From an uncultured Verrucomicrobiae bacterium (GTDB lineage: Bacteria > Verrucomicrobiota > Verrucomicrobiia > Chthoniobacterales > UBA10450): a DNA stretch of 64,000 nt. Location: positions 448,001-512,000 of the forward strand of contig CAVYXA010000003.1 in assembly GCA_963772365.1 (NCBI GenBank), given 5' to 3'. Positions 1-11,377 of the stretch are shown one piece after another (within the stretch, counting starts at the first letter, position 1; every line of letters begins with the position of its first letter). The translations under genes and the position numbers were made by a program. A model generated the notes under the pieces. It had not been told where the DNA came from. It saw only the letters and a program-made list of their open reading frames with translations, and ran no database searches.

Positions 1-1040
1 GCTGCGCCGTTCGTTGCTCAGCTCGCTCGAGAAGCCGGCTCATTGGTCATCGCATTTGCCACGCTTCCGTTTTCTTTCGAAGGCAAACGACGCACTGGCC
101 AGGCGCAGGAAGCGCTGGCTCGGCTTAACGAAATTGCTAATGCGGTAATTTGTTTTGAAAACGATCGAATGGGCGACATGGTTGCGCCCAAGGCTGGAAT
201 TCATCAGGCATTCGCCGTCGCGGACATCACTATCAGCCAAAGCGTGCGCGCCATTGTGAATCTGATTCAGCGTCCTGGCCTGATCCGGATCGGATTTCGA
301 CGATTTGCTGGCCGCCTTGCGAAGTCAGAACGGACGCTGCCTGTTTGGTTTTGGCGAATCCGAATCCGATAACCGGGCGCACGACGCGCTTACTCAAGCG
401 CTCAAAAATCCGCTGATGGACAAGGGCCGGATGCTGGCCGATGCGGCGCGCGTGCTGGTCCAGGTCGCCGGTGGTCCGGCCATGACGTTGTCCGAAGTGG
501 AAATCTTGATGAAAGAACTTGGCCGCCATGTCAGCGATCAAACTCAGATTCTTTTCGGGACGGCTGTAGATGGACGAATGGGGAACCGGCTAAGCGTCAC
601 GATCATTAGCTCGCTCAGCGCCGATGTCGATCTTGCGATTGGGAACGCCAGCGCCGTCGGAGCCTGTTGCAGCCGCAAAGCCGACACTTGAAGAAACGGT
701 CGAGGTTCCGTCGCCAGATATCGAGATCCTGCCGGAGCCGCTTCCAGTGGACGCGGAACCGACAAGCGATCTGGTTCCATTGGAACCTGCGCCGGTTGAG
801 AGTCGCCTGCCACACCGCCGAAATCAAGCCGACCGAGGCGCCTGTTATTCTGCCGAAGAAAAAAGTTATTCCGATCAAGGAAGCCGAAACCGAAAGATCG
901 ACAAAGTGCACGCCAAACAGGAAGTCCTTCAATTTGAGCCTGTCACGCGTGGCCGGTTCGAGAAGAGCGAGCCCACGATTGTCGAAGGCCAGGATCTCGA
1001 TGTGCCGACCTTCCTACGCAAGAACATTCGCGTAAAATAA
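1..1040 (+). CDS. ftsZ: Cell division protein FtsZ, 5'-truncated by window edge, apparent frameshifts near 297, 640-660 and 820
   Basis: Frame +1 from base 1 reads AAPFVAQLAREAGSLVIAFATLPFSFEGKRR; continuation ALKNPL, GGPAMTLSEV, ILFGTAVD in ORF 305-691; conserved C-terminal peptide DLDVPTFLRK ends at 1040. Confidence 0.92.
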
Positions 1041-1159
1041 TTACAGAAAAATCGACGACGGAAGTTTAAACCAGGGACATTTTTCAGAATAGCGCTGGCG
1101 ATCGTTATACCGACATTCTGGAATAGGCCGGCAAACCTCTCGATCCTTCGCAAGCGGCC

Positions 1160-2506
1160 TTATTTTTTCATCAGATCGAGCACGGCACTGGCCATCGCAA
1201 CAAGACCGGTGCGAATCGTTGGCTCTGGAACCGGGGCGAATTTGCTCGAGTGCAAACTCGGTAGCGGCATCGCGCCCGGCTTTTTCGAAGCGGCAATCTT
1301 TTCCGGAGCAACTGCACCGACATGAAAATCGACCGCCGGAATCGAGTGGTCCGGCAAACTGAACTCGGAAAAATCTTCGCCGCCCATGGTAGGATCGACA
1401 ATCTCCACGTTCTGATCGTCTAACACTTTTTTCCAGACGCCGATCAGACGCTGAGTCAGCTCTGGATTATTGTAGGTCGAGGGAGTGAATTCGTTCTTCC
1501 GTACCTGGACATCGGGCAGCTTATCGTCCGGCCAACCGCCGGCTTTGGCGCAGCCCTTGGCGATTCGATCAATCGCGGCGAGGACCTGGTCGCGCACGTC
1601 AGCTTTGTAGGTCCGCACGGTGAGCTGCATTTTAACTTCGTTAGGGATGATGTTGTGCTTGGTGCCGCCGTGGATCGAGCCAACTGTAATCACGACTGGA
1701 TCGATCGGGTTGATCTCGCGTGAGGCGATCGTTTGCCAGGCGTTAATCATTTCGGCCGAAAGCACGATCGGGTCTTTGGTCCGATGCGGATACGCTCCGT
1801 GCCCGCCCATTCCATGCACAGTCACATCGACAGAATCGACATTGGCGTAGGTGTACCCGGGCGTGACGCCGATATGATTTGTTTCCAGTTGCGCGTTGTC
1901 GTGAAAACCGAGCGCGTAATTTGGTTTCGGAAAACGCGTGTAGAGACCATCTTTCAGCATCGCTCGAGCCCCGGTGCCGAGTTCTTCGGCCGGCTGAGCT
2001 ACAAACAAAATCGTGCCGTGCCACTGGTCTTTAAGCTTGGACATCGCCCGAGCCACGCCGATGAAGGTCGCGATGTGAATGTCATGCCCGCAGGCATGCA
2101 TCACGTGGACTTCGTCGCCTTTGTCATTCTTTGTGATCACCGTGCTGGCGTAGGGCAAATCGGTCTCTTCCTGTACCGGCAAGGCGTCCATGTCGGTGCG
2201 CACCAGCACAACCGGGCCGCTTCCGTTTTTCATCACGCCGACGACGCCATAACCTTTTTGCTGCGGATTAGCGTATTTGCCGATGTGGTCCGTGACTTCA
2301 CAACCCGCGGTCTTCAATTCCTTTGCTACCATCGCCGACGTCCGCTCTTCTTGCGTCGACAGTTCCGGATGAGAGTGAACGTCTTTGTAGATCGCGAGCA
2401 GCGATGGCAATTCCGCTTTAGCCAGAGACTGCGGTGTTTGCTGCGCAAAAGCGACACCCGGCGCGAATAACAAAAGCGATAGGATCGACAACCAATGAAT
2501 CTTCAT
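1160..2506 (-). CDS. Secreted M20D-family amidohydrolase/peptidase
   Basis: HPELS..E, RTDMDALP, MHACGHD, QPAEE, GGHGAYP, GGEDF, LHS motifs; signal peptide from ATG at 2506 (MKIHWLSILSLLLFAPGVAFAQ). Confidence 0.88.
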   Translation of the reverse strand: MKIHWLSILSLLLFAPGVAFAQQTPQSLAKAELPSLLAIYKDVHSHPELSTQEERTSAMVAKELKTAGCEVTDHIGKYANPQQKGYGVVGVMKNGSGPVVLVRTDMDALPVQEETDLPYASTVITKNDKGDEVHVMHACGHDIHIATFIGVARAMSKLKDQWHGTILFVAQPAEELGTGARAMLKDGLYTRFPKPNYALGFHDNAQLETNHIGVTPGYTYANVDSVDVTVHGMGGHGAYPHRTKDPIVLSAEMINAWQTIASREINPIDPVVITVGSIHGGTKHNIIPNEVKMQLTVRTYKADVRDQVLAAIDRIAKGCAKAGGWPDDKLPDVQVRKNEFTPSTYNNPELTQRLIGVWKKVLDDQNVEIVDPTMGGEDFSEFSLPDHSIPAVDFHVGAVAPEKIAASKKPGAMPLPSLHSSKFAPVPEPTIRTGLVAMASAVLDLMKK

Positions 2507-2658
2507 TTTCTCATGCTGAGGGAATTCGAGGTCTCTCTCAACTTTTATTCTATCGAAAACCTGCCACCACATAAGCAGCGCACGCACGTGAAAGCGTTTG
2601 CCCGCGCGATGTTTATCGTGAGATCATGCCCCCGACCAAGAGAACGGAGAAACAGATC

Positions 2659-4261
2659 ATGGGAAAACTGCCTGCCGGAATAGAATTGCTCGGCGAAATC
2701 GCGCCCGCTTACGCGCAAATCCTGACGACGGAGGCGCTGACGTTCGTCGCGAAGCTGGAACGGAGTTTTCGTAAGCCGCGGAAGGAATGCCTGGCCCGGC
2801 GACAGCAGCGCCAGGCCGCGCTCGACCGCGGCGGGACACTCGATTTTCTACCGGGAACAAAATCAATTCGGGAAAGCGATTGGCAATGCGCTTCCGATTC
2901 CGGCCGATCTCCGAGATCGGCGAGTGGAGATCACCGGGCCCACCGATCGCAAAATGGTCATCAATGCGCTCAATTCCCGCGCGCGGATTTTCATGGCCGA
3001 TTTTGAGGACGCTAATTCACCGACTTGGGCGAACATGGTTGAAGGCCAGATCAATTTGCGTGACGCCATTCGGCGCACGATCGCGTTCACGAATCCCGAA
3101 GGGAAAGGAATACAAGCTCAACGATAAGCACGCTGTTCTGATTCGTCGGCCGCGCGGCTGGCATCTCGAGGAGAAACATATGCTTGTCGATGGCGAGCCG
3201 GTTGCCGGCGCGCTGTTCGATTTTGGTCTCTTTTTTTTTCACAACGCCAGGGAATTGATCGCGCGCGGCACGGGCCCATATTTTTATCTTCCGAAAATGG
3301 AAAGCCATCTGGAGGCGCGCATTTGGAACGACGTCTTCAATCTGGCCCAGGACGAACTGGGGATTCCGCGGGGCACGATCCGCGCGACGGTTTTGATCGA
3401 GACGATTCCGGCCGCGTTCGAGATGGACGAAATTCTTTACGAACTGCGCGAACATTCCGCCGGACTGAACTGCGGGCGATGGGATTACATTTTTTCCTGC
3501 ATCAAAAGATTCCGAAACAAACCGGATTTTTTGCTGGCCGATCGCGCGCTCATTACGATGACGACGCATTTCATGCATTCGTATTCGCTGCTCTGCATCA
3601 AGACCTGTCATCGGCGAAAAACATTCGCGATGGGTGGAATGGCGGCGCAGATTCCGGTGAAGAACAATCCGGCGGCGAACGAAGAAGCGTTTGCCAAAGT
3701 GCGCGCGGACAAGGAGCGCGAAGCGCGGCGATGGTCACGACGGAACCTGGGTCGCGCATCCGGGAATGGTGCAATTGGCCACGGAGGCGTTCGACGCAGT
3801 GATGCCGCAGCCCAATCAAATCGAGCGGAAGCGGGACGATGTCGATGTTACGCGCGAAAGATTTGCTCGACTTCGGCCCGCGCGGTCCGATCACGGAAGC
3901 GGGTTTGCGCACGAACGTGAGCGTCGGCGTGCAATATCTCGAGGCGTGGTTGCGCGGCCAGCGGCGCGGTGCCAATTTTCAATTTGATGGAAGACGCGGC
4001 CACGGCGGAAATCTCGCGCGCGCAGGTTTGGCAATGGATTCGCCATCCCGAGGGCAAACTCGAGCGATGGTCGCAAAGTCACGAAGGAGTTTTTCGCGAA
4101 CGTCTTGGACGAAGAGCTGGCAAAGGTCCGAGCGCAGATCGGCGACGATCGTTTCGCCAAAGGCAAATTCGAAATGGCGCGCGACGTTGTTCGATCAGAT
4201 CACCACCGACGATGAGTTCGCCGAATTTCTAACCTTACCGGGCTATGAAAAACTCAACTGA
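2659..4261 (+). CDS. aceB: Malate synthase A, broken by several apparent frameshifts
   Basis: Segments in alternating frames: [94 protein letters not shown]. Confidence 0.92.
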
Positions 4262-5514
4262 TTGGACAAGCCGACTCGCGCTGGAGCGGCGGAGTCACGG
4301 ATCGAACGGCCATATTCGCCGGCAGATGTGAAACGGCTGCAAGGCAGCATCGTCGTCGAGCATACCCTTGCCCGGCGCGGCGCGGAAAAGTTTTGGCAGT
4401 TGCTTCAATACCGAGAACTTACATCGCCGCGCTCGGCGCACTGACTGGTAATCAAGCGGTGCAACAGGTCCGAGCCGGACTGAAGGCGATTTATTTGAGC
4501 GGCTGGCAGGTGGCGGCTGACGCGAATCTGGCCGGGCAAATGTATCCGGACCAAAGCCTGTATCCGGCGAATAGCGCGCCGGCAGTCGTGAAACGAATCA
4601 ATCAAGCGCTGCAACGAGCGGATCAAATCGATCGGGCAGATGGCAAAAACAAGATCGACTGGTTCGTGCCAATCGTGGCCGATGCCGAAGCCGGCTTTGG
4701 CGGCCCGCTCAACGTGTTCGAGCTGGTGAAGGCAATGATCGAAGCAGGCGCGGCCGGTGTCCATCTGGAAGACCAACTAGCCAGCGAGAAAAAATGCGGC
4801 CACATGGGCGGCAAAGTCTTGGTGCCTACACGCACTGCGATCGCGCATTTGGTAGCGGCGCGACTCGCCGCCGATGTCTCAAACGTTCCGACATTGATCA
4901 TCGCCCGCACCGATGCGAACGCGGCCGCGCTTCTGACCAACGATGTCGATGAACGCGATCAGCGGTTTCTCACAAAGGAACGAACGCGCGAAGGATTTTT
5001 TCGAGTTCGGGCGGGAATCGATCAGGCAATTGCCCGCGCGCTCAGTTATGCGCCTTATGCCGACATGATCTGGTGCGAAACGTCCGAGCCGAACATTCAG
5101 GAGGCGAAAAAGTTCGCTGAAAGCATTCGTGCGAAATATCCGGGCAAACTGCTGGCTTACAATTGTTCGCCATCGTTCAATTGGAAAGCGAAGCTCGACT
5201 CCGCGACGATCGAAAAATTTCAACGGGAACTCGGCGCGATGGGCTACAAGTTCCAATTCGTTACCCTGGCGGGATTCCACGCACTCAACTTCGCAATGTT
5301 CGATCTGGCCCGCGGTTACAAGGAGCGTGGTATGGCAGCGTACTCCGATCTGCAGCAGGCCGAGTTTGCAGCGGAGCACGACGGTTACACGGCAACCAAG
5401 CATCAGCACGAGGTCGGAGCCGGCTATTTCGACGAAGTGGCGCGGATCATCTCAGGAAGTGAGTGTTCGACCGCGGCGCTACGCGGCTCAACCGAAGAAG
5501 AACAATTTCAGTGA
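4245..5514 (+). CDS. aceA: Isocitrate lyase (N-terminus frameshifted, start approximate)
   Basis: Catalytic KKCGH motif, [41 protein letters not shown], ends [18 protein letters not shown] in upstream frame. Confidence 0.95.
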
Positions 5515-7269
5515 GCCGGGACTCATTGGCCGTGGCATCGCTGACCGATAGCCGGCTGGCCACGCTTTGCGCCGAGACGGCGCGCGACGAGTTCCTGAAG
5601 TACGAAACGGGTTTCGATACGATCACCAAAAGAGCGCGCGATCGGTTTGCCCAGAGCGATTGGAAGGGCAGCCATACTGACGCGGCGGAGCGGTTGCATC
5701 TCTATTCTCGCGTCCTCGATGAACTGGTGTCTGAAATCAGAAGACTGATGGGTGAACGTTTGCGCGAGCGATCGGTATGGGTCGCAATGAAAGCGGTTTA
5801 CTCGTCGCTCATCGCCGAATCACTCCGCTGGGAAATCGCCGAGAGTTTTTTCAATTCTCTCACCCGCCGCATCTTCGCCACGGAAGGAGTCGATCAATCG
5901 ATCGAATTTGTGGATACCGATTTTGACGCGCCGCCTGCGCGTCCAGCGATGCCTGTATGGAAGCGATTTTCCGGAAGAAACCTGACCGAGCTGCTATTCG
6001 TGGCGCTTACAGATAAAAAGATCGGCGGATTTGAAGAAGAGCGTTGGCAAAATCTTCGCGATGACATTGAGCTTGCGGCGGAACGACTACGCCCGGCGCT
6101 TTCCGCGAAACAAACCGACATCGGTACTCGATTTGGTTAGCGCATTGTTCTATCGCGGCCGAGGCGCTTATCTGGTTGGCCGATTAAGCTCGAACAGCGC
6201 GGATGAATCGGTCCCCGTCGCGTTTTGCCTGTTACATTCCGAATCCGGGATGAGCCTCGACGCCCTCCTTGTCGGAGAGGCGGACTTGTCGATCCTATTC
6301 TCCTACACGCGAGCTTATTTCCGCGTTGAGGCGCCGTGCCCGTATGAACTGGTCCGGTGGCTGCGTCAATTAATGCCACTCAAGCGACTGGCCGATCTTT
6401 ACAACGCCATCGGTTTCAATCGTCACGCAAAGACGGAGTTTTATCGCGACTTTGTTCGTCATCTGGAGAACTCGCAAGACCGATGTGTCACCGCAGAGGG
6501 CGACCGCGGCATGGTGATGCTGGTGTTCACGCTGCCCAGCTACGATGTCGTTTTCAAAATTATTCGAGACCGGTTCGATGCGCCCAAGGAGAACGACCGC
6601 GCCGACGTGATGCGTCGTTACCGGATTGTGTTCGAACACGATCGCGCCGGGCGATTGGTGGAAGCGCATGAGTTCGAGCATCTGCGAATTGGGCGGGATC
6701 GGTTCGAACACAATCTGCTGAAGGACTTGCTCCAGAACGCCGCGAACACTGTCCGTCTTGAGGGCGACGATCTCGTAATCAGCCATGCTTACGTCGAACG
6801 CCGGGTCCGGCCGCTGAATCTATTCTTTCGTAAGTGCAGCCCCGAACAGGCCGTGGCGGCGGCCCGCGATTATGGCCAGGCCATCAAGGACCTGGCTGCA
6901 TCCAACATTTTCCCGGGAGATCTTCTGACCAAAAACTTCGGCCTCACCCGCCGTGACCGCGTCGTGTTTTACGATTACGACGAGCTCACATTTCTTACCG
7001 ACTGCAACTTTCGCGAAATGCCGCAAGCCACGAGCTACGAAGAGGAAATCTCAGCCGAGCCGTGGTTTTCCGTGCGCGAGAACGATATTTTCCCGGAAGA
7101 ACTTCCCAATTTCCTTTCTTTCCCCGAGCCGGCCCGCAAGGCTCTCCTTGAAAAACATGGCGATTTATTCCGGCCCGGGTTCTGGCGTCGGGTTCAAGAG
7201 AAACTAGGCGGTGGCGAGCTGCCCGAGGTGTTTCCCTATGCGCAGCAACGCCGACTGAGAAACGAGTAG
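5511..7269 (+). CDS. aceK: Isocitrate dehydrogenase kinase/phosphatase, frameshift near 6120
   Basis: GTG overlaps aceA stop (GTGA); [84 protein letters not shown]. Confidence 0.92.
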
Positions 7270-7299
7270 CCGAATTGTCATTCCGACCGACTTTTTGGC

Positions 7300-9537
7300 G
7301 TGCAGTTCGAGAAGAATACGATGCTGTTTGGGGTGGGCCCGACGCCGCGGATCGTGGCCATCGAGCTGGGCGAGACCGGCACGGTCAAGGTGTACCGGCG
7401 CGACAAGGATGGATCGACAGTTGCCGATGTCGAGCCATTTCATCCATTCGTTTGGGCCGACAGTGATGTCGCCGATCTGGAGATCGAATCGGAAAAGCTG
7501 CGTGGCGACCTGAAATACGGCTGGAGCGTCACGGTCGATAGCTGGAAGGAGCTGATCGCGCTGCGCAACGGGCTCAAAAAATCGGGGCGCGATTTCTTCG
7601 CCTTTACCGATCCTGTGCAGCATTATCTCACCGCCACGGGCCGGACATTGTTCAAAGATCTGCCATTTGAAGAATTGAAGCGGATGCAGATTGATGTGCT
7701 GAATTCGGCGATGCCTGATCAGATGATGTCCATCGCCATTTCAGACAACACGGGTTGGGAAGAACTGATCGTTGTCGATCCTGAGGAGATCGAGAAATCC
7801 GAGCACGCCGCGATCAAGAAACTCATCGAGCTGATCAAGGAGCGTGATCCCGATGTGATCGAAGGACACGATTTGTTCCGGGTTCATCTTCCATATCTGG
7901 TTGCACGGGCAAGAAAGTTGAAGATCAAACTGGATTGGGGCAGGAGCGGCGGATTTTTGCGGTCGCGCCCGTCGCGTCTGCAAATCGCCGAGAAAACGAT
8001 CGATTACCCGAAGTTTACAATCGATGGACGTCATTTCGTCGATACGTTTTTGCTGGCGCAATTCTATGATGTCGGAATGCGTTCGCTCTCCGGTTTCGAT
8101 CGGGCCGATGTCGCCGGGCATTTTGGATTTTGCGAGAGCAGCGAGATTTCCGGGCTTGCAGGCAAAGAATTGCAGCGCGCGTACATCGACAATGACGAGC
8201 GATTTCGCCGTCGCGCATTGTGCGGCGTCCGGGAGACGCGGGCGATTTCCGATTTACTTAGCCCGAGCTATTTCATCCAGGCGCAGATTTTCCCCTACAA
8301 CTATCAGGACGTGATCGTCCGCGGCAACGCCACCCGAATCAATGCCTTGTTTCTCCGGGAATATTTTCGACAGCGCCATTCGATTCCGGAATTGCCAATG
8401 CCGCGCACGTTCGAGGGTGGCTACACGGATATTTTCTTCACGGGAGTGGCCCGGAACGTTTGGCATTGCGACGTCGCGTCGCTATACCCGTCGATCATGT
8501 TGGAGTTCGATTGCTTTCCCGCAACCGATCAGCTCCAGATTTTTCGGCATTTACTCACGGATCTGCGGGCGTTTCGCCTGGAAGTGAAGGCCAATATGCG
8601 CAGCTCGAAAAACCCGAAGGAACAGCAACATTTCCGAGCGCTGCAAAACACGTTCAAGATTTTGATCAACAGCTTTTACGGCTACCTGGGGTTTGCTCAG
8701 GGACACTTCGCCGATTTCGATGCTGCCGCGCGAGTCACGCAGATCGGGCGCGATTTGTTGAAACAAATGATCGACTGGCTGAACGGGCAGGGCGCGAAGG
8801 TGATTGAGGTCGATACCGACGGCATTTATTTCGTCCCGCCCGGCGACTCTGAACTTGTAGGGCAACCGCATCGGTTGCCTTCCGACCAAGGCAGCCGGAG
8901 CGCCTGCCCTACAATAGAAACACTACAGCGCGGCCTGACCGAGATTCTTCCCGCTGGAATCGAGGTCGAGTTCGATGAGCAGTTCGAAGCGATGTTCAGC
9001 TACAAGGCGAAAAATTACGCACTGCTCACAAAAGATGGAGAGGTAATTATCAAAGGTGGCGCGCTCAAGTCACGCGGGCTCGAAAAATTTCAGCGAGTTT
9101 TCCTCGAACAAATGATCAAGCTGATCATGGAAGGAAAACCGGAAGCGATTGTCGATCTTCGGAATGAATTCGAGAAAAAAATCCGAAACCGGGAATGGAA
9201 CATCGACATGTTGATGAAGACCGACACGCTCCAGGATTCGCTCGACAAATACAAAGCCAAGATTGCGGGCTCGGCCCGTAATCGCGCGGCGGCATACGAG
9301 CTGGCATTAGCCAGCGGCCGCAATTATAAGCCGGGTGATCAGATCAGCTATTATGTCAAAGCGACTCCGAAAAAAGTCCCTGCCTACGAAGCCGCAAAGT
9401 TAGCTACCGAATTCGATCCGCAAAATCGCGATGAAAATGTCGACTACTACGTGGCCAAACTCGACGATCTGGTGACGAAATTCAGCGGCCTCAGTGTCGC
9501 CGCTCCCACGCCCACGCAGGGAAGCCTGGCGCTTTAG
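7300..9537 (+). CDS. Family B DNA polymerase (Pol II-like) with degenerate exonuclease motifs
   Basis: Polymerase motifs DVASLYPS, KILINSFYGY, DTDG, KNYA intact. Confidence 0.9.
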   Translation: MQFEKNTMLFGVGPTPRIVAIELGETGTVKVYRRDKDGSTVADVEPFHPFVWADSDVADLEIESEKLRGDLKYGWSVTVDSWKELIALRNGLKKSGRDFFAFTDPVQHYLTATGRTLFKDLPFEELKRMQIDVLNSAMPDQMMSIAISDNTGWEELIVVDPEEIEKSEHAAIKKLIELIKERDPDVIEGHDLFRVHLPYLVARARKLKIKLDWGRSGGFLRSRPSRLQIAEKTIDYPKFTIDGRHFVDTFLLAQFYDVGMRSLSGFDRADVAGHFGFCESSEISGLAGKELQRAYIDNDERFRRRALCGVRETRAISDLLSPSYFIQAQIFPYNYQDVIVRGNATRINALFLREYFRQRHSIPELPMPRTFEGGYTDIFFTGVARNVWHCDVASLYPSIMLEFDCFPATDQLQIFRHLLTDLRAFRLEVKANMRSSKNPKEQQHFRALQNTFKILINSFYGYLGFAQGHFADFDAAARVTQIGRDLLKQMIDWLNGQGAKVIEVDTDGIYFVPPGDSELVGQPHRLPSDQGSRSACPTIETLQRGLTEILPAGIEVEFDEQFEAMFSYKAKNYALLTKDGEVIIKGGALKSRGLEKFQRVFLEQMIKLIMEGKPEAIVDLRNEFEKKIRNREWNIDMLMKTDTLQDSLDKYKAKIAGSARNRAAAYELALASGRNYKPGDQISYYVKATPKKVPAYEAAKLATEFDPQNRDENVDYYVAKLDDLVTKFSGLSVAAPTPTQGSLAL
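8856..8913. repeat. GTAG-family REP-like palindrome inside the polB reading frame
   Basis: TGTAGGGCA...TGCCCTACA termini; internal hairpin GGCAACCG-CAT-CGGTTGCC. Confidence 0.8.
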
Positions 9538-9546
9538 CGAGAAGAT

Positions 9547-9801
9547 TCAATAATGGTAGCGCAATTGCGCAATCCAGAGATCACCGCCTGCAAGCCGATA
9601 AACCATTCGATGTTCGCTCGTTATCCGGCGGGACCAATATCCATGGAAACGGTGTCTTAGCGGCTCTGGTTTCCCAATCCCACTATATGGATTACGCATC
9701 GTCTCTTTGATGAGATGATTAATGCGCTTCAACGTCTGTGGGTCAGTCTTCTGCCAATAAAGATATTCTTCCCATGATTCCCGCGAGAAGAGTAGATTCA
9801 C
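9547..9801 (-). CDS. yoeB: YoeB/Txe-family toxin
   Basis: WEEYLYWQ..D, GIGKPEPL, WSRRIT.EHR.VY, C-terminal RYHY. Confidence 0.93.
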   Translation of the reverse strand: MNLLFSRESWEEYLYWQKTDPQTLKRINHLIKETMRNPYSGIGKPEPLRHRFHGYWSRRITSEHRMVYRLAGGDLWIAQLRYHY

Positions 9802-10055
9802 GTCTCGAGCTTTAGCTTCTTTCGTATTCCTTTTCCGCGCTCGAGCGACTCGATCGATCTTAACAGCCGTTTTGCATTGGCCGGAGAGCGCAACAGGTGG
9901 GCAGTTTCCTGGAGCGACTCGTACTCCGATAGCGAGATCATCACGACCGATTGATCCCGTTTCCGTGTAATGATGACCGGCGCGTTGTCCTCACACACGC
10001 GGTTGATCGTATTGGCAAGATTTTCTCGCGCTTCAGTGTAGGTGATTGCCTTCAT
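9798..10055 (-). CDS. yefM: YefM/Phd-family antitoxin
   Basis: ITYTEARENL, PVIITR, ETAHLLRSPANAKRL; 4-bp overlap with toxin. Confidence 0.93.
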   Translation of the reverse strand: MKAITYTEARENLANTINRVCEDNAPVIITRKRDQSVVMISLSEYESLQETAHLLRSPANAKRLLRSIESLERGKGIRKKLKLET

Positions 10056-10124
10056 AAGTTGGACAGGATACTGTCCAGATGGCGACCATTCAAGACTAGA
10101 TTGATATCCAACAAGCCTCGTTCT

Positions 10125-11300
10125 TCAAAATGCCCACCAGCCGCGGACGAACAGGCTGGAAAAAAGTGCCAGAAAAAGCAGCGACCAAACTGTGATCGCT
10201 GCGTTCCAGAAACGGTTTTTGGCCAGGAGCGCAAAGAGAATGAAAATTGGAAAAAGCGTGAGCACATACCGTGGAGTGCTCTCGATGAATGTGACGGAGG
10301 TAAATAGCAGCCAATTGGCTGTGATCCACATCGCGTACACCGGACGCAATTTGATCCAGCTAACGATCAGGCAAATAAAAGCAAGCGCAGTGAAACAAAG
10401 TTCCTGCGCGCCGACCATTTCGGCCTGATTTGGCAGACGCCGGAGATTCCCGATCCCCTCTTGAACTCCGACCCATGGCCAGGAAAAGGACATGGCAAAA
10501 AGCGATCTTCGCATTCGAAGAAAGGCGAATGGATCACCCGCGATCCTCCAGTTGAGAAGAAGATAAATGCCAAAGCCAACTGGCACAAAGCCGATCCAGA
10601 GCCAACGCCATTGCCAGCGCTTGGTGATAATCAATTGATGAATCACCTCGACGGCGAGAGTCGGCAGCAAAGCAACGCCGGTGGCGCGCGTCATCCAGCA
10701 AAGCGCGCCGAAGGTTCCCGCCAGCCACCAGCGATCCAAGCGCGCGGCCAAAATCGACCCGAGCGCGAAAGCCAGGAAAAGGCTTTCTGTGTAACCGATG
10801 TGCAGAAAATATGCGGTCGGAAAAATTAAGAAGAACCAGACAGCGCGACGTGCAACAGCTTTTGGATAATCGAGCTCAACAATTCGGCGCAACAGAACCG
10901 CCGCGGCGATCGTCGCAATGCCCGATACGATGAACGCGCTCACCAGGTAATTCCCACAAACCCAAGCCACAGCCCGGGTGCACCAGGGAAACAGCGGGTA
11001 AAACCACGCCTTGAACAAGCTCGATGCGCTGTAGCCCTGTTGCGCGATCTGCAGATAATGAATCGCATCCCAGCGGTTCCAGATTTCCAACCAGCCGGGA
11101 GCAGGTTTGTTCTCGAGGATGCGAAAGCTCTGGACGCCGAAGAGCAGAAGCAATAATTCGATTGCAAAAACCCAGCCCATAACCAGCCAATCGTCCCTGT
11201 TCAGGAAAAAAATCGCTGAGTTTGGGCAGCGGGTATTCGCCGGTTTTGTATTCGGTTCCAAAAGGCTAAAACTTATTCCAAGTTCTTCGGGGTTGGCCAT
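10125..11300 (-). CDS. Polytopic GT-C glycosyltransferase (PIG-V/mannosyltransferase-like); start uncertain
   Basis: RWDAIHYLQIAQQGY, FYPLFP, YTESLFL, TPRY motifs; many hydrophobic segments. Confidence 0.75.
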   Translation of the reverse strand: MANPEELGISFSLLEPNTKPANTRCPNSAIFFLNRDDWLVMGWVFAIELLLLLFGVQSFRILENKPAPGWLEIWNRWDAIHYLQIAQQGYSASSLFKAWFYPLFPWCTRAVAWVCGNYLVSAFIVSGIATIAAAVLLRRIVELDYPKAVARRAVWFFLIFPTAYFLHIGYTESLFLAFALGSILAARLDRWWLAGTFGALCWMTRATGVALLPTLAVEVIHQLIITKRWQWRWLWIGFVPVGFGIYLLLNWRIAGDPFAFLRMRRSLFAMSFSWPWVGVQEGIGNLRRLPNQAEMVGAQELCFTALAFICLIVSWIKLRPVYAMWITANWLLFTSVTFIESTPRYVLTLFPIFILFALLAKNRFWNAAITVWSLLFLALFSSLFVRGWWAF

Positions 11301-11377
11301 TCAATAAGAGGTCGCAATCGGACCGTCTGATTCCTGCTTGCGCGTTCAGCCGGAACCGCCTAATAGCTTTAGCCTCC

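Noticed and set aside
1..6200. Many frameshifts in ftsZ, aceB, aceA and aceK suggesting pseudogenes or programmed frameshifting
   Set aside because: They cluster at one end of the window, hit an essential gene, and leave motifs otherwise intact; most consistent with long-read indel errors. Read mapping would decide.
7300..10055. PolB plus toxin-antitoxin as a prophage or casposon/pipolin-like element
   Set aside because: No integrase, Cas1, terminal repeats or phage genes; polB follows aceK closely like a chromosomal gene
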